From positions 672,001-736,000 of the forward strand of contig CBDBHR010000030.1 of the NCBI GenBank assembly GCA_965205865.1: DNA of 64,000 bases. Reading direction: 5' to 3'. Positions 18,558 through 29,757 of this stretch are shown piece after piece. Source of the stretch: a bacterium. GTDB taxonomy: Bacteria; SAR324; NAC60-12. Position numbers and translations under genes: made by a program. Positions within the stretch are counted from its first letter, which is position 1. Every line of letters starts with the position of its first letter. The notes under the pieces were generated by a model. That model searched no databases. It had not been told where the DNA came from and saw only the letters and a program-made list of their open reading frames with translations.

Positions 18558-19229
18558 CTACGGATGCAGAGTGAGTAACATGGTTTGGGCTTCTTGCCTG
18601 AATACGGATTGAGGGGTCCTCTCGATCAACCGTTCCAGGAGGGCCTTTGCCATGTCCACATCTCCTTGTGTCAGTGCAATTTGCGCTAGATTCTTCCAGC
18701 GTACGTCCCTCCATTCTTCCCCCTCGATACTGTTGATAATCTGATTGGCAGCGTCCCACTGTTGCTGATTTTCATAAACGACCGCAAGACTCACTTTAGC
18801 TGCGTTGATCATACTGACTCCCGCCTTGGGATGTTCGATTGCTTGCTTGTAAGCTGGTTCCGCCTGATCCCACTGCTTTTGTTTAACATGCAGCTTCCCT
18901 ATATTCATTAGCGCGACAAGCCCATTGCCACTATCGGAATACTTGCTAAAAAATTCATTGAACGCGTTCAAAGCTCGTGAATCTTTTTCCGCCAGATCGT
19001 CTTCGCCGAGAATTTGCTGTGCTGCATAAAGCAGATTTGCTTGCTTAATTTGTTGTGATTGATTGTACTGAATTCCCGAAAAAACAGCGATGGCCCCAAT
19101 GACAATGGCAATGCCTCCTGCAATGAACCATCGCTTTTTTCCATAAACGTAGTTCGAAATGGTATACAACCATTGCTGAACTCGGTCTGGTCGATGCAGT
19201 TCCTTACGGCTCATTCGTTGTTCACTCAT
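18558..19229 (-). CDS. YfgM-like membrane-anchored TPR protein
   Basis: RKELHRPD N-terminus, single TM, TPR-like helices. Confidence 0.7.
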   Translation of the reverse strand: MSEQRMSRKELHRPDRVQQWLYTISNYVYGKKRWFIAGGIAIVIGAIAVFSGIQYNQSQQIKQANLLYAAQQILGEDDLAEKDSRALNAFNEFFSKYSDSGNGLVALMNIGKLHVKQKQWDQAEPAYKQAIEHPKAGVSMINAAKVSLAVVYENQQQWDAANQIINSIEGEEWRDVRWKNLAQIALTQGDVDMAKALLERLIERTPQSVFRQEAQTMLLTLHP

Positions 19230-19351
19230 AATGTCCTATGGCATGCTCTGAGAAAATGAAAATTCGGGTCAATCGAATATGTTAAAATTTATCGGAATGC
19301 TATTCAAGTAAAAAATCACGATTCACGCACCCTGACAAAATCCATATGCTT

Positions 19352-20176
19352 TCAATTTGTATAATTTTGATCCAGAACAAATTCTAAATCCTTCGTTCCC
19401 AAAGGAATGAGATCACTGGAACGCCCCACGATTTCTCCGGGAGCTGAGTGAAAAGGTTGATTATTTTTGTCTGTAAGGATTCGCAAGGAATACGATCCTT
19501 GCAACTTCTGCCCGGGCATCGCCTGGAGCTGCCCGATTGTAAAGGTTTGATTTTTTTGGAAGTGCGGTATGATTTTAATAGCCACCGGTCGTCCCTGTTT
19601 GGGATCAAATAACATAATCACCAGACGGTCCGTTTCATCAACTTGCGCCGCTAATTCAGCCTTGACCTTGACGCTCCCTTGAATCATCAAAACCGGGCCT
19701 TCATTTGCAGCATCGGATTGCAGCCTCGATGGCCACTGACGGAAGGGTTTGGTGAGATAATAATGGTAACCTTCTGTGGAGAGAGGAAGCGGCAAAGTGA
19801 TTTCTCCAGTCACCTCTCCCAAAACAGGGCGATTCAGCCTGCCATTTTTATCAGTCACAACCAACAGGTGGAAAGGCCCTTGCAGCTGATAATTACCCAG
19901 CACGTGTTCCTGGCCTACATGGAATGTTAAAGGTGGGACAAAGGGATTGAGGGTGTTGAGAGCAACAAGTTGTTGAGTTTGAGGGTCAATGAGCATGACA
20001 TGGGCATTGTCTGTCCTCACTACTCCCGTCCCTATTCCTGAAGCGAGATGAATCACGCCACTGATACTGGACTGCAATTGTTCTTGATTCCGGTCCAGTT
20101 CGCGCCACAATGCATATCCCATCAAGCAGATAAAAATCCCGAGTGCGCCGAGAAAGATGATTTTGTTCTTGTTCAT
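19352..20176 (-). CDS. Membrane-anchored protein with two CycH/CcmI C-terminal-like domains
   Basis: Duplicated ISGVIHL../IQGSVKVKAELAAQV..GRPVAIK..FTIGQ..AMPGQKL pattern. Confidence 0.5.
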   Translation of the reverse strand: MNKNKIIFLGALGIFICLMGYALWRELDRNQEQLQSSISGVIHLASGIGTGVVRTDNAHVMLIDPQTQQLVALNTLNPFVPPLTFHVGQEHVLGNYQLQGPFHLLVVTDKNGRLNRPVLGEVTGEITLPLPLSTEGYHYYLTKPFRQWPSRLQSDAANEGPVLMIQGSVKVKAELAAQVDETDRLVIMLFDPKQGRPVAIKIIPHFQKNQTFTIGQLQAMPGQKLQGSYSLRILTDKNNQPFHSAPGEIVGRSSDLIPLGTKDLEFVLDQNYTN

Positions 20177-21690
20177 GCAATCATATCAGCCTGCGGAGAA
20201 GAGGGCAGTTCTGTGCTGCCCATCAGATAGAGATCAATAGTTCGTGCTGCTTCGCGTCCCTCCCAGATCGCCCAAACTACGAGAGAAGCTCCCCGCCTTG
20301 AATCTCCAGCAACAAAAACACCCTCCATGTTGGTCATAAAGTCGTTGTCGGTATGAATCGCAAACATCACGTCTCTTTTTTTCAGCATCTCGAGTACTTC
20401 CTGGGGACTTTGCGGTTCTTTGTGACCCCGAACACTGAGATGGACGCCCAAATCATATACAATTCCCTCGATAGTCGGTCCCAAAAATCCGAGGGCTAAA
20501 AAGAGAATGTCGGTTTCAATGACAAATTCGCTGTCCGATATTTTTTCCATCACCATATGCCCATTTTCTCGTTTCCAGATGACCTGAACGGCCTTCAGCG
20601 CCTTCAATCGTCCTTTCTCATCTCCAATCAATTCTTCCGTCAAAATGCCGGCACGGCAATCCATGGCAGCTTCTTCGTGTACCGGTGTGGGGCGAGGCAC
20701 CATATCGACCAACTCGAATTGATAGACTTTTTTTTTGGCTCTCTGCCTGTTGAGTGTTCCCAAACAATCGGCGCCAGTGAACCCTCCCCCTAAAATCGTC
20801 GCTGTCTTTCCCTCAGCAGAAATACGGATTTTCGGATCAATTGCATCCCCGGCATTGCTTCGATTTTGCTGAGGCAAATATTCCATGGCATAATGCACTC
20901 CCTGCAGATCATTGCCCGGAACCTTGAATTTTCGAGCATGTTGCGCCCCCATGGCCAAGAGAATGGCGTCATACCCTTCACGCAGTTCTTTCACACTGAC
21001 ATCTTTTCCCACATGCGTGTTTGTTTTAAAAACCACCCCTTCTTCCATCATTTGCGCCTCGCGGCGTTTAAGGTTGAGCTTGTCTAATTTGAAATCCGGA
21101 ATGCCATAGCCCAACAATCCACCAATCCGGTCATCTTTTTCGAAAACGACGACTTGATGTCCAACTCTTCTCAATTGTTGGGCTGCCGCCAAGCCCGCAG
21201 GGCCGGATCCAACAACTGCGATTTTCTTATTTGTTGATTTTTCAGGCAAAATGGGTTGAATCCAGCCTTCTTCCCATCCACGGTCCGCAATATGTTTTTC
21301 AATTTGTTCAATGGTGACGGAATTTTTCTTTTTGAGTTTCTCCCGTGAATCCAGAGTGTAGTATTCGTTGAGGACACATGCGTCTTCACAAGGTGCCGGA
21401 CAGATACGTCCAGTGAATTCCGGAAAATTGTTCGTGCTGTGTAGCGCATCCAGGGCTTCTTTCCAATGACCCCGGTAGACCAAATCATTCCAATCCGGAA
21501 TCAAATTGCCCAAAGGACATCCTGTATGGCAAAAAGGAATCCCACAATCCATACAACGTGAGGCTTGTTGACGAATCGCCGATTCGCCATAGAGGAAATC
21601 GTACTCTTTATAATCCAAGACACGCTTGGCAATAGGACGACGAGGCGCATTCTCTTTTTCAAATTCTAAAAAACCTGTGTCTTTACCCAT
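20173..21690 (-). CDS. gltD: Glutamate synthase small subunit
   Basis: RCMDCGIPFCHTGCPLGN, NNFPEFTGRICPAPCE, GSGPAG, GDSRRGASLVVWAIWEGR. Confidence 0.96.
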   Translation of the reverse strand: MGKDTGFLEFEKENAPRRPIAKRVLDYKEYDFLYGESAIRQQASRCMDCGIPFCHTGCPLGNLIPDWNDLVYRGHWKEALDALHSTNNFPEFTGRICPAPCEDACVLNEYYTLDSREKLKKKNSVTIEQIEKHIADRGWEEGWIQPILPEKSTNKKIAVVGSGPAGLAAAQQLRRVGHQVVVFEKDDRIGGLLGYGIPDFKLDKLNLKRREAQMMEEGVVFKTNTHVGKDVSVKELREGYDAILLAMGAQHARKFKVPGNDLQGVHYAMEYLPQQNRSNAGDAIDPKIRISAEGKTATILGGGFTGADCLGTLNRQRAKKKVYQFELVDMVPRPTPVHEEAAMDCRAGILTEELIGDEKGRLKALKAVQVIWKRENGHMVMEKISDSEFVIETDILFLALGFLGPTIEGIVYDLGVHLSVRGHKEPQSPQEVLEMLKKRDVMFAIHTDNDFMTNMEGVFVAGDSRRGASLVVWAIWEGREAARTIDLYLMGSTELPSSPQADMIA

Positions 21691-21758
21691 TAATATCCTA
21701 CTTCTTACTGAGCTTGGCCGCTCCTTTGTATTGATCCTGTCATTCTTTTCCTGGGATA

Positions 21759-24700
21759 TCAGGCAGCCTGGGCTTTCATTTTTTCCAAGACCAGTCTGTA
21801 TTCGATGGGCATCACTTTGATAAAACGCTCAAGGCTATTCTCCCAGTCATTCAGGAGCATCTGAGCCTTGATACTGTGGGTATACCGGATATGTCTCCAT
21901 ATCCAATCTCTTACTTGCCGTTGTTCTTCCGGATCATCGAAGTTTTCCAATTCGACCATGTTCATGTTGCAATGGGACTGAAAAAGGCCATTCTCATCGA
22001 AAACGTAGGCAATACCCCCACTCATTCCTGCTGCGAAATTACGTCCGGTTTTCCCAAGTATGATGGCCATTCCTCCTGTCATGTACTCACATCCATGGTC
22101 ACCGACTCCCTCCACGACTGTAATGGCACCGCTATTTCTCACCGCAAACCGCTCTCCAGCCACGCCACTGAAATAAGCTTCCCCGCCTGTTGCGCCATAG
22201 AGAACAGTATTACCTATCAAAATGTTTTCATCCGCTTTATAGGTCGAATTTTCAGGAAAATAAATGATCAATCTGCCACCGCTGAGACCCTTGCCAGTGT
22301 AATCGTTGGCATCGCCCTCCAACTCCAGAGTGACGCCATGCGCTAAAAAGGCGCCGAAGCTTTGCCCCGCAGACCCGGTCAATTTGCAATGAATTGTTTC
22401 GTTGGGTAGTCCGGCCGACCCATATTTTTCGGCAATTCTCCCGCTCAAAATGGCACCGACCGTCCGATTGGTGTTGCGGATATCCATTGAAATGCTTACG
22501 GGCTCCTTTTTTTCAATTGCTTTCTCAGCCAATTCAAGTAGTTGGTAATCCAATTGGTTTTTTAAACCATGATCTTGTTGCTGGGTGCAGTAGATTGTAT
22601 CATTCTTGCCCACGGGCACTTTATGCAGAATTTGAGACAGATCCACATTTTTCGCCTTCCGATGGGTGACATCCTTTTGAGGTTCCAACATATCAGAACG
22701 GCCCACCAATTGATCAAATTTGTGAAAACCCGATTGAGCCATGATTTCCCGGACTTCATCGGCAACAAAGAAAAAGTAATTGATCACGTGTTCCGGCTGT
22801 CCGATGAACTTTTTCCGCAACACGGGATTCTGCGTTGCAATACCGACCGGACAGGTGTTGAGATGGCATTTGCGCATCATGATGCAGCCCACCGCAATCA
22901 AAGGCGCTGTAGAAAATCCGAATTCTTCCGCACCCAACATGGCGGCAATCACCACATCCCTGCCGGTTTTCAATTGTCCGTCAGTTTGCAGACGCACTCG
23001 CCCCCGCAAACGATTGAGGAGCAAAGTTTGATGGGTTTCAGAAATGCCAAGCTCCCAGGGAACTCCGGCATGTTTAATGGAGGTCAGGGGAGATGCTCCC
23101 GTACCTCCATCATGTCCACAGATGACAATCATATCGGCATGTCCTTTGGTCACTCCTGCGGCAATGGTGCCCACTCCAGATTCTGAAACCAATTTGACGG
23201 TGACCCGCGCCTTGGGATTGGCATTTTTTAAGTCGAATATCAGTTGGGCCAGATCCTCGATCGAGTAAATATCGTGATGCGGTGGGGGAGAAATCAAGGT
23301 CACGCCAGGAGTAGAATAGCGCACTTTCGCAATATACTCGCTGACTTTATTACCCGGTAATTGTCCCCCTTCGCCCGGTTTTGCCCCCTGAGCTATTTTG
23401 ATTTGCAGTTCGTTGCAGTTGACCAAATATTCAATCGTGACTCCAAAGCGTCCCGAGGCAACCTGTTTGATGGAACTGATAGGCCAGTCCCCGTTGTCTC
23501 GGCGATGAAAGCGCAGTGAATCTTCTCCACCTTCACCACTGTTACTTTTTGCGCCTATACGATTCATGGCCACGGCAAGCGTTTCATGGGCTTCTTTACT
23601 GATCGAACCCAATGACATGGCTCCTGTAGCAAAGCGTTTGACAATCTCCTCGACAGGTTCCACGTCCTGGAGAGGAATTGGCGTTCCTTTCTTGAATTCC
23701 AACAATCCTCTCAGGGTGGCTCTCTTTTTGTTTTGATCATTGACGATTCTCGAAAATTGCCGATAGGTCTCCTCATTGTTGTGTTGGGTCGCCTCCTGCA
23801 GTTTTTGAACCGTCACCGGATTGATTTGATGATACTCCCCACGACGGCGCCAGAAATACTGACCTCCCGGTTCCAGGGTATTTTCCACGTCCGGAGAATA
23901 CTGGTATGCATCGGCGTGACGCATCAGGGACTCTTGCGCAATCTCGTGCAATCCAATGCCACTGATCCTGGAAGGCGTGCCAGCAAAGTGTTCTTCAATC
24001 ACATCTTCATTGAGGCCAATCGCTTCAAAAATCTGGGCGCCTCGATAACTTTGAATCGTTGAAATTCCCATCTTTGCAAAGACTTTGAATAGCCCTTTTT
24101 TGATGCCTTTTAGATAGTTTACGATTGCTTTTTCATAGGTCAAGTCAGGCGAAAGCATGCCCTCTTGCAGCATTTGTTCAAATGTTTCAAAAGCCAGGTA
24201 AGGATTGATGGCGGCAGCGCCATAACCGATCAATAAACAAAAGTGCGCGATTTCCCGCGCCTCTCCGGTTTCAATGACAATCCCTGCCGAAGTTCGTAAA
24301 CGCTTGCGGATCAAGTGATGATGCACTGCAGCCACTGCCAACAAAGCCGGAATGGGCGCCATCGCTTCGTTGACGCCACGGTCTGAGAGGATCAACAAGG
24401 CATGTTCATTTCGTACAGCCTCTTTGGCCTGCCGACAAAGGGAGCCCAATGCTTTTTTTAAACCATCAGGACCTTGCTTTGCTTCAAACAAAATGCTCAG
24501 GGTGATGGTTTTGTAATCTTCCCGATGCAGTTCTTTGATTTGTTCCAATTGTTTATTGGTCAAAATGGGATGCTCAATTTTTAACAAATGCGCGTGCTCA
24601 GGCGTTTGTTGCAAAAGGTTTAATTCTTTCCCCAAATGACTGGTCAGCGACATTACCAACTCTTCCCGAATGGAATCGATGGCAGGGTTGCTCACCTGTG

Positions 24701-26252
24701 CGAATATTTGTTTAAAATAGTTGAAGAGCAAGACAGGTTGTTCTGAAAGCACGGCGAGAGGTGCGTCATTTCCCATAGAACCAGTCGCTTCCGAGCCGGC
24801 TGCTATCATCGGTTCGAGCAGCATATGCAGATCTTCCGTGGTATAACCGAACACTTTCTGCCGTGCTAAAAGTGTTTCAAAATCTGTCATCTGAATCTCA
24901 TTGGGTGCCGGCAAATCTTTCAAAAGGATCATCTCCTTTGCCAACCACTGCTCGTAGGGAAAACGTCCACAGATGTCTTCCTTCAATTCGGTGTCATCAA
25001 TAATACGCCCTTGTTTTGTATCGATTAAAAACATTTTTCCCGGCTGAAGTCGTCCTTTGTGAACAATGTCTTCGGGTGGGATATCCAAGACGCCGACCTC
25101 AGACGCCATCACCACCAGATCGTTCCTGGTCACAATAAAGCGTGCCGGTCTCAGGCCATTACGATCCAGAATGGCGCCAATTTGAACACCATCCGTAAAA
25201 GCCAGTGCAGCCGGACCATCCCAAGGTTCCATAAAATGTTCATGATACTGATAAAACGCTCGTTTTTTTGCTGTCATGTCCGGATCATTCTCCCAGGCTT
25301 CCGGAACCAGCATCATCATGGCATGTGCCAGTGAATAGCCTGAAAGGCTGAGGAATTCGACCACATTGTCCATACAGGCGGAATCACTACCTCGGGGTAC
25401 AATCAGAGGAAAGAGATTTTCAATATGAGCGTACAGCGGAGAAGCAAGGATCGCTTGTCGCGCTGTCATCCAATTGATGTTCCCACGTAAAGTGTTGATT
25501 TCTCCATTGTGCGCCAGATAACGAAATGGATGTGCCAGGTCCCAGCGGGGAAAGGTATTGGTAGGAAACCGCGTGTGCGCTATCACCAAAGCGCTTATAA
25601 AATTCTCGTGGTCCAGATCAGTATAAAACTTTCCCAATTGAAAGGGAGTGAGCATACCCTTATAAACAATTGTATTCGAAGACATGCTGGGGATGGTGAA
25701 ATCTTCTAAATGAATGGAGTTGCGAATTTGTTTGCGAACCACATAAAGTAAGCGCTCAAAAGCGTCTTGTGACATAGGTGTTTTGCATTGACCAATAAAA
25801 ATTTGACCAATCACCGGTTGCGCTTCTGCCGCCTGTTGCCCCACATGCTCCGAATCGATGGGTACGTCACGCCAGCCAAGGAGACGCAATCCTTCTTCTA
25901 CGACGATGCTTTCGATCACCTCCTTACAATAACGTTGATCTTTCTCGTCTTGAGGAAAAAATATCATCCCAATGCCGTACTCGCCTGCTTCAGGAAGCCG
26001 AATTTCCAGCTTTTGGCATTGCTCCACAAAAAAATCATGGGGTATCTGCAGTAAAAGCCCAGCGCCATCGCCTGTATCCGGATCAGCGCCCAGCGCGCCT
26101 CGGTGATTCAAATTGCAAAGCAATTGCTGTCCTTTTTCGACTATGTCATGTGATTTGCGCCCCTTTATGTCAACCACAAATGACACCCCACAGCTGTCAT
26201 GTTCAAATTGGGGGTCGTAAAGTCCTTGTTTCTTTGGATAACCTGTGTTCAT
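21759..26252 (-). CDS. gltB: Glutamate synthase large subunit
   Basis: EHDSCGV, AHNGEINTLRGN, EPWDGPA, IKQVASGRFGV, AQGAKPGEGGQLPG, CHLNTCPVGIATQ. Confidence 0.98.
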   Translation of the reverse strand: MNTGYPKKQGLYDPQFEHDSCGVSFVVDIKGRKSHDIVEKGQQLLCNLNHRGALGADPDTGDGAGLLLQIPHDFFVEQCQKLEIRLPEAGEYGIGMIFFPQDEKDQRYCKEVIESIVVEEGLRLLGWRDVPIDSEHVGQQAAEAQPVIGQIFIGQCKTPMSQDAFERLLYVVRKQIRNSIHLEDFTIPSMSSNTIVYKGMLTPFQLGKFYTDLDHENFISALVIAHTRFPTNTFPRWDLAHPFRYLAHNGEINTLRGNINWMTARQAILASPLYAHIENLFPLIVPRGSDSACMDNVVEFLSLSGYSLAHAMMMLVPEAWENDPDMTAKKRAFYQYHEHFMEPWDGPAALAFTDGVQIGAILDRNGLRPARFIVTRNDLVVMASEVGVLDIPPEDIVHKGRLQPGKMFLIDTKQGRIIDDTELKEDICGRFPYEQWLAKEMILLKDLPAPNEIQMTDFETLLARQKVFGYTTEDLHMLLEPMIAAGSEATGSMGNDAPLAVLSEQPVLLFNYFKQIFAQVSNPAIDSIREELVMSLTSHLGKELNLLQQTPEHAHLLKIEHPILTNKQLEQIKELHREDYKTITLSILFEAKQGPDGLKKALGSLCRQAKEAVRNEHALLILSDRGVNEAMAPIPALLAVAAVHHHLIRKRLRTSAGIVIETGEAREIAHFCLLIGYGAAAINPYLAFETFEQMLQEGMLSPDLTYEKAIVNYLKGIKKGLFKVFAKMGISTIQSYRGAQIFEAIGLNEDVIEEHFAGTPSRISGIGLHEIAQESLMRHADAYQYSPDVENTLEPGGQYFWRRRGEYHQINPVTVQKLQEATQHNNEETYRQFSRIVNDQNKKRATLRGLLEFKKGTPIPLQDVEPVEEIVKRFATGAMSLGSISKEAHETLAVAMNRIGAKSNSGEGGEDSLRFHRRDNGDWPISSIKQVASGRFGVTIEYLVNCNELQIKIAQGAKPGEGGQLPGNKVSEYIAKVRYSTPGVTLISPPPHHDIYSIEDLAQLIFDLKNANPKARVTVKLVSESGVGTIAAGVTKGHADMIVICGHDGGTGASPLTSIKHAGVPWELGISETHQTLLLNRLRGRVRLQTDGQLKTGRDVVIAAMLGAEEFGFSTAPLIAVGCIMMRKCHLNTCPVGIATQNPVLRKKFIGQPEHVINYFFFVADEVREIMAQSGFHKFDQLVGRSDMLEPQKDVTHRKAKNVDLSQILHKVPVGKNDTIYCTQQQDHGLKNQLDYQLLELAEKAIEKKEPVSISMDIRNTNRTVGAILSGRIAEKYGSAGLPNETIHCKLTGSAGQSFGAFLAHGVTLELEGDANDYTGKGLSGGRLIIYFPENSTYKADENILIGNTVLYGATGGEAYFSGVAGERFAVRNSGAITVVEGVGDHGCEYMTGGMAIILGKTGRNFAAGMSGGIAYVFDENGLFQSHCNMNMVELENFDDPEEQRQVRDWIWRHIRYTHSIKAQMLLNDWENSLERFIKVMPIEYRLVLEKMKAQAA

Positions 26253-26993
26253 AATGTTTTCCCTGTTTTTAGAAGCTTAACTTTCCTCAGATTGGCAGAC
26301 TTTTATTTAAACTTGTCTGGAATCGTATGCCCTTTGGGATCTCCGGGACTGGATTTTGGGCCAATCTGACGACCCATTGGGAACCCTATTTAAAAGAAGA
26401 CGTGGCGTTTTCTTTGGGTAGGAGGGTTCCCACCCGATCGATTAAACGACATTGTGGGAGGTTCGTTTCGCAAGAAGCTTCCTCTCAGTTTTCAGCGACT
26501 TCCGTTGCTTGTTTTTCCAATTACACAGACTCTTCTCTGCCAATCAAAACTGAAAGAAATTTCCCATTATGATTGATGAACAATGCGCAATATTAAACGA
26601 GCATCGGACTGAATTTCATGCAAAAGTCCCACTTTCTTTAATAGCGGCAATACGCTTTTTTCGTTGGGAAATAATAACCATTTATTAGCTTCGAGCAAAT
26701 CTTATAGTACGCACAAGCAGACAAAAATACATTGAAAGGTGAGTAAATGCAAATTAAATTCGCTTGCAATATCGCTTGCAATCCTCCACAACAAGCAAAG
26801 ATGAATTTGATTGCCTCTCGTCTCCAAGAAATCGCCAACAGCCAATTTGCAGACGATGAAGCAGCCATGTGGGAAGAACTGGAATCATGAGGGTTCGATT
26901 TTCCATATCCGCAAAACAAGATATGAAATCCATAAAAGAAAATATGTGGCTAATGATCTGATAGCCGCACTCAAGAGACAATGAGGAGCATCT

Positions 26994-27653
26994 ATGACCG
27001 TACTCGATTTATCAGTCGATGAATTGTTATCGACGACTCGTGCCGTGCGAAAGCGCTTGGACTTGAACCGACCTGTTGAGATCAGTCTTGTGAAAGAATG
27101 TCTGGAGCTTGCTCTACAGGCACCAAGCGGGTCCAATTCACAAAACTGGCATTTCTTAATTCTGACCGACTTCAACAAGAAACAACGCATTGCGGAGTAC
27201 TATCGTCGATCTTGGCATGGCTACGCTCAATCGACAGGAGCGGCGCACCGTCTGCATCAAGACGATCCGGTGCGGGGACCCACTCAAAAACGGGTGTTCG
27301 ACTCGGCCGAGTATCTTGCAGAGAATCTGGAGAAAGTTCCCGTTTTTCTCATTCCCTCTATTGCAGGGCGTGTGGAGGACGCCGGGGCTTCAAACGCCAC
27401 GCAAGCCGGCACCTACGGCTCCATTATCCCTGCTATCTGGAGTTTCATGCTTGCGGCACGCTCTCGCGGGTTGGCAACCTGCTGGACCTCCTTGCACCTT
27501 CCGTATGAAAGAGAAGTGGCAGAAATTCTGGGTATTCCTTTCCACGAAGTCACTCAAGTCGCCCTCATTCCGGTGGCCTATGCCAAAGGTATTCAATTCA
27601 AAGCGGCTGCTCGCAAACCCCTGCAAGAAGTTCTTCATCTGGAAGCGTGGTAA
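26994..27653 (+). CDS. Nitroreductase family protein
   Basis: LLSTTRAVRKRLD, APSGSNSQNWHF, LAARSRGLATCWT. Confidence 0.9.
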   Translation: MTVLDLSVDELLSTTRAVRKRLDLNRPVEISLVKECLELALQAPSGSNSQNWHFLILTDFNKKQRIAEYYRRSWHGYAQSTGAAHRLHQDDPVRGPTQKRVFDSAEYLAENLEKVPVFLIPSIAGRVEDAGASNATQAGTYGSIIPAIWSFMLAARSRGLATCWTSLHLPYEREVAEILGIPFHEVTQVALIPVAYAKGIQFKAAARKPLQEVLHLEAW

Positions 27654-27736
27654 AACACGGATAAGTTCAACTCGCAGTCGTCGAGATCAAAGAGAAACGA
27701 TTGTCAGCCGCCTTTCCCGGCAGAGCATCCCTCCTC

Positions 27737-27904
27737 AACTGTTATTGGTTGGTCGATGGATTGATGGAGGCGGGATACCGGGTACATTTAGCTAATCCGG
27801 TTAAAAACGTTCAATATTCCGGACTGAAACATAGCGATGATAAGTATGACGCTTTCTGGAATGACAACAAATACTTAGCCTGGGCTTTTGTGGAAGCGGC
27901 TCAT
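27737..27904 (+). pseudogene. IS110-family transposase remnant (internally deleted)
   Basis: NCYWLVDGLMEAGYRVHLANP..YSGLKHSDDKYDAFW joined directly to C-domain NKYLAWAFVEAAH. Confidence 0.75.
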
Positions 27905-28164
27905 TTAGGTTACCCTGGTTCGTGGACGGAAAAGTTTATCTTTTACTTGCCTATTCCTCTGATGAGTGACCCCCTACACATTTATTACAGCAGAATACGC
28001 TGATTTACTCGGTCCGACCCGATTCCGTCAATCTCCATACTGAATTGACATTTTTGGTTAGATAAATAACAATCAATTCAACACAAATACTGATATAAAT
28101 TATTCGCAAATTACATTATTTTGGATATATCTAGTAGAAAATAGTCATTTTTTGTAAGCATTCG

Positions 28165-29463
28165 ATGAAGCGACAATTATATCACAAGTTGTTGGAATGG
28201 AAGGAGGATCGTTTCAGAAAACCATTGCTTCTTCAAGGTGCCAGACAGGTTGGTAAAACATATTTATTAAAAGAATTTGCGAACAACGAGTATGAGGACA
28301 TCGCCTATTTTGATTTTGAGCAAGAGCCAGATTTAAAATCGATCTTCGAACACTCATTGAAGCCCTCACATCTACTCGAAAATCTATCAGCATTTTCAGG
28401 TAAAAAAATCGTTCCTCAAAAGACATTAATCATATTTGATGAAATTCAGGTCTCTTCGAAAGCATTAACCAGTTTAAAGTATTTCTGTGAAGAGGCGCCG
28501 GATTTTCACCTGGCTGCTGCGGGTTCTCTTTTGGGAGTGAGCATTGGAAAGGAAAGCAGTTTTCCTGTGGGTAAAGTCAGTTTTATGAGGTTGTATCCCT
28601 TAAATTTTTTTGAGTATTTAGAAGCCGCCGGACAAGACGCTTTAGTTTCACTGTTGACCGTCAAAAACGATTGGCATCCCCTTCCTGAATTGTTTCATAA
28701 CAGACTCCTTGAACTCTATAAATTTTATTTATATCTTGGAGGCATGCCTGAAGTCATTCAGGATTATATTATTGACCAGGATATTGCGAAAGTGAGAAAG
28801 ATTCAGAGGGAAATCTTGCGAGCATATGAAAGTGATTTTTCAAAATATGCAACAAAAAGTGAGGCTATTCGAATCTCGGAAATATGGCATTCTATTCCAA
28901 CACAGCTTGCCAGGGAGAACAAGAAATTCAAATATAATGATGTCGTAAAGGGAGGAAGATCCTCCCAGTTTGTGTCGGCAATAGAATGGTTGCGTAAAAA
29001 CGGTTTGATTATCCTTTCATACAATCTAAACACACCTAAATTGCCCCTGTCGAATTATGCGGATCAGAGTAAATTCAAGACATACCTACTTGACCTTGGA
29101 CTCTTGGGTGCCATGCTTGATCTTGATTCAAGACTCATCACCTCTTCAAGCGGCATATTGGAAGAAACCAAGGGCGCATATGTCGAAAATTATGTTGCGG
29201 CAGAACTGACCGCTTACGGTTGTGAAAAGTTATACTATTGGAGCAGTAAGAGCACAGCCGAAGTTGATTTTTTGATATCAAAGAATAACCTGGTGTTTCC
29301 CATTGAAGTCAAAAGCGGATATTCAAGAAAAGGAAAAAGCCTTAGTGTTTATAAAAACAAATTTCATCCAACGAATGTTTTTCGAATTTCTCCACGCAAC
29401 TTCACTCAAGATAATCAATTCAAGAATATTCCTTTATACTCCGTTTCAAAAATGCTGACTTGA
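28165..29463 (+). CDS. AAA+ ATPase with DUF4143 domain
   Basis: GARQVGKT, IFDEIQ, AGSLLG, FPVGKV, GGMPE, AEVDF..PIEVKS. Confidence 0.92.
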   Translation: MKRQLYHKLLEWKEDRFRKPLLLQGARQVGKTYLLKEFANNEYEDIAYFDFEQEPDLKSIFEHSLKPSHLLENLSAFSGKKIVPQKTLIIFDEIQVSSKALTSLKYFCEEAPDFHLAAAGSLLGVSIGKESSFPVGKVSFMRLYPLNFFEYLEAAGQDALVSLLTVKNDWHPLPELFHNRLLELYKFYLYLGGMPEVIQDYIIDQDIAKVRKIQREILRAYESDFSKYATKSEAIRISEIWHSIPTQLARENKKFKYNDVVKGGRSSQFVSAIEWLRKNGLIILSYNLNTPKLPLSNYADQSKFKTYLLDLGLLGAMLDLDSRLITSSSGILEETKGAYVENYVAAELTAYGCEKLYYWSSKSTAEVDFLISKNNLVFPIEVKSGYSRKGKSLSVYKNKFHPTNVFRISPRNFTQDNQFKNIPLYSVSKMLT

Positions 29464-29757
29464 AGGCAAGGCTCCATGGCGGTTGGCCCACTTTTCCCAA
29501 AGCCGCTTGCAAGCTCTAAAACTGTATGACGATTATGTGTAGGACGGAATCGAATCCGGAGTACAAATGACAGCAGACCCTCCGCTGCACGCCTGTTTTT
29601 TGTAAGACCGGTTCTTCGGAAGAACAATGCTCCAGCGAGAACGATATAAGATTGAGGCGCTTTTGAAAGCCGGTCATCCTCAATAAGGCACCTCCCGCTG
29701 GCCTCGAGAGCATGCGGTTGGATGGGGTTTGCGACCCGATTGGGGAGATGGCTCCTC

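Noticed and set aside
26327-26981. Small ORFs between gltB and the nitroreductase
   Set aside because: No motifs or convincing RBS; likely a divergent promoter region
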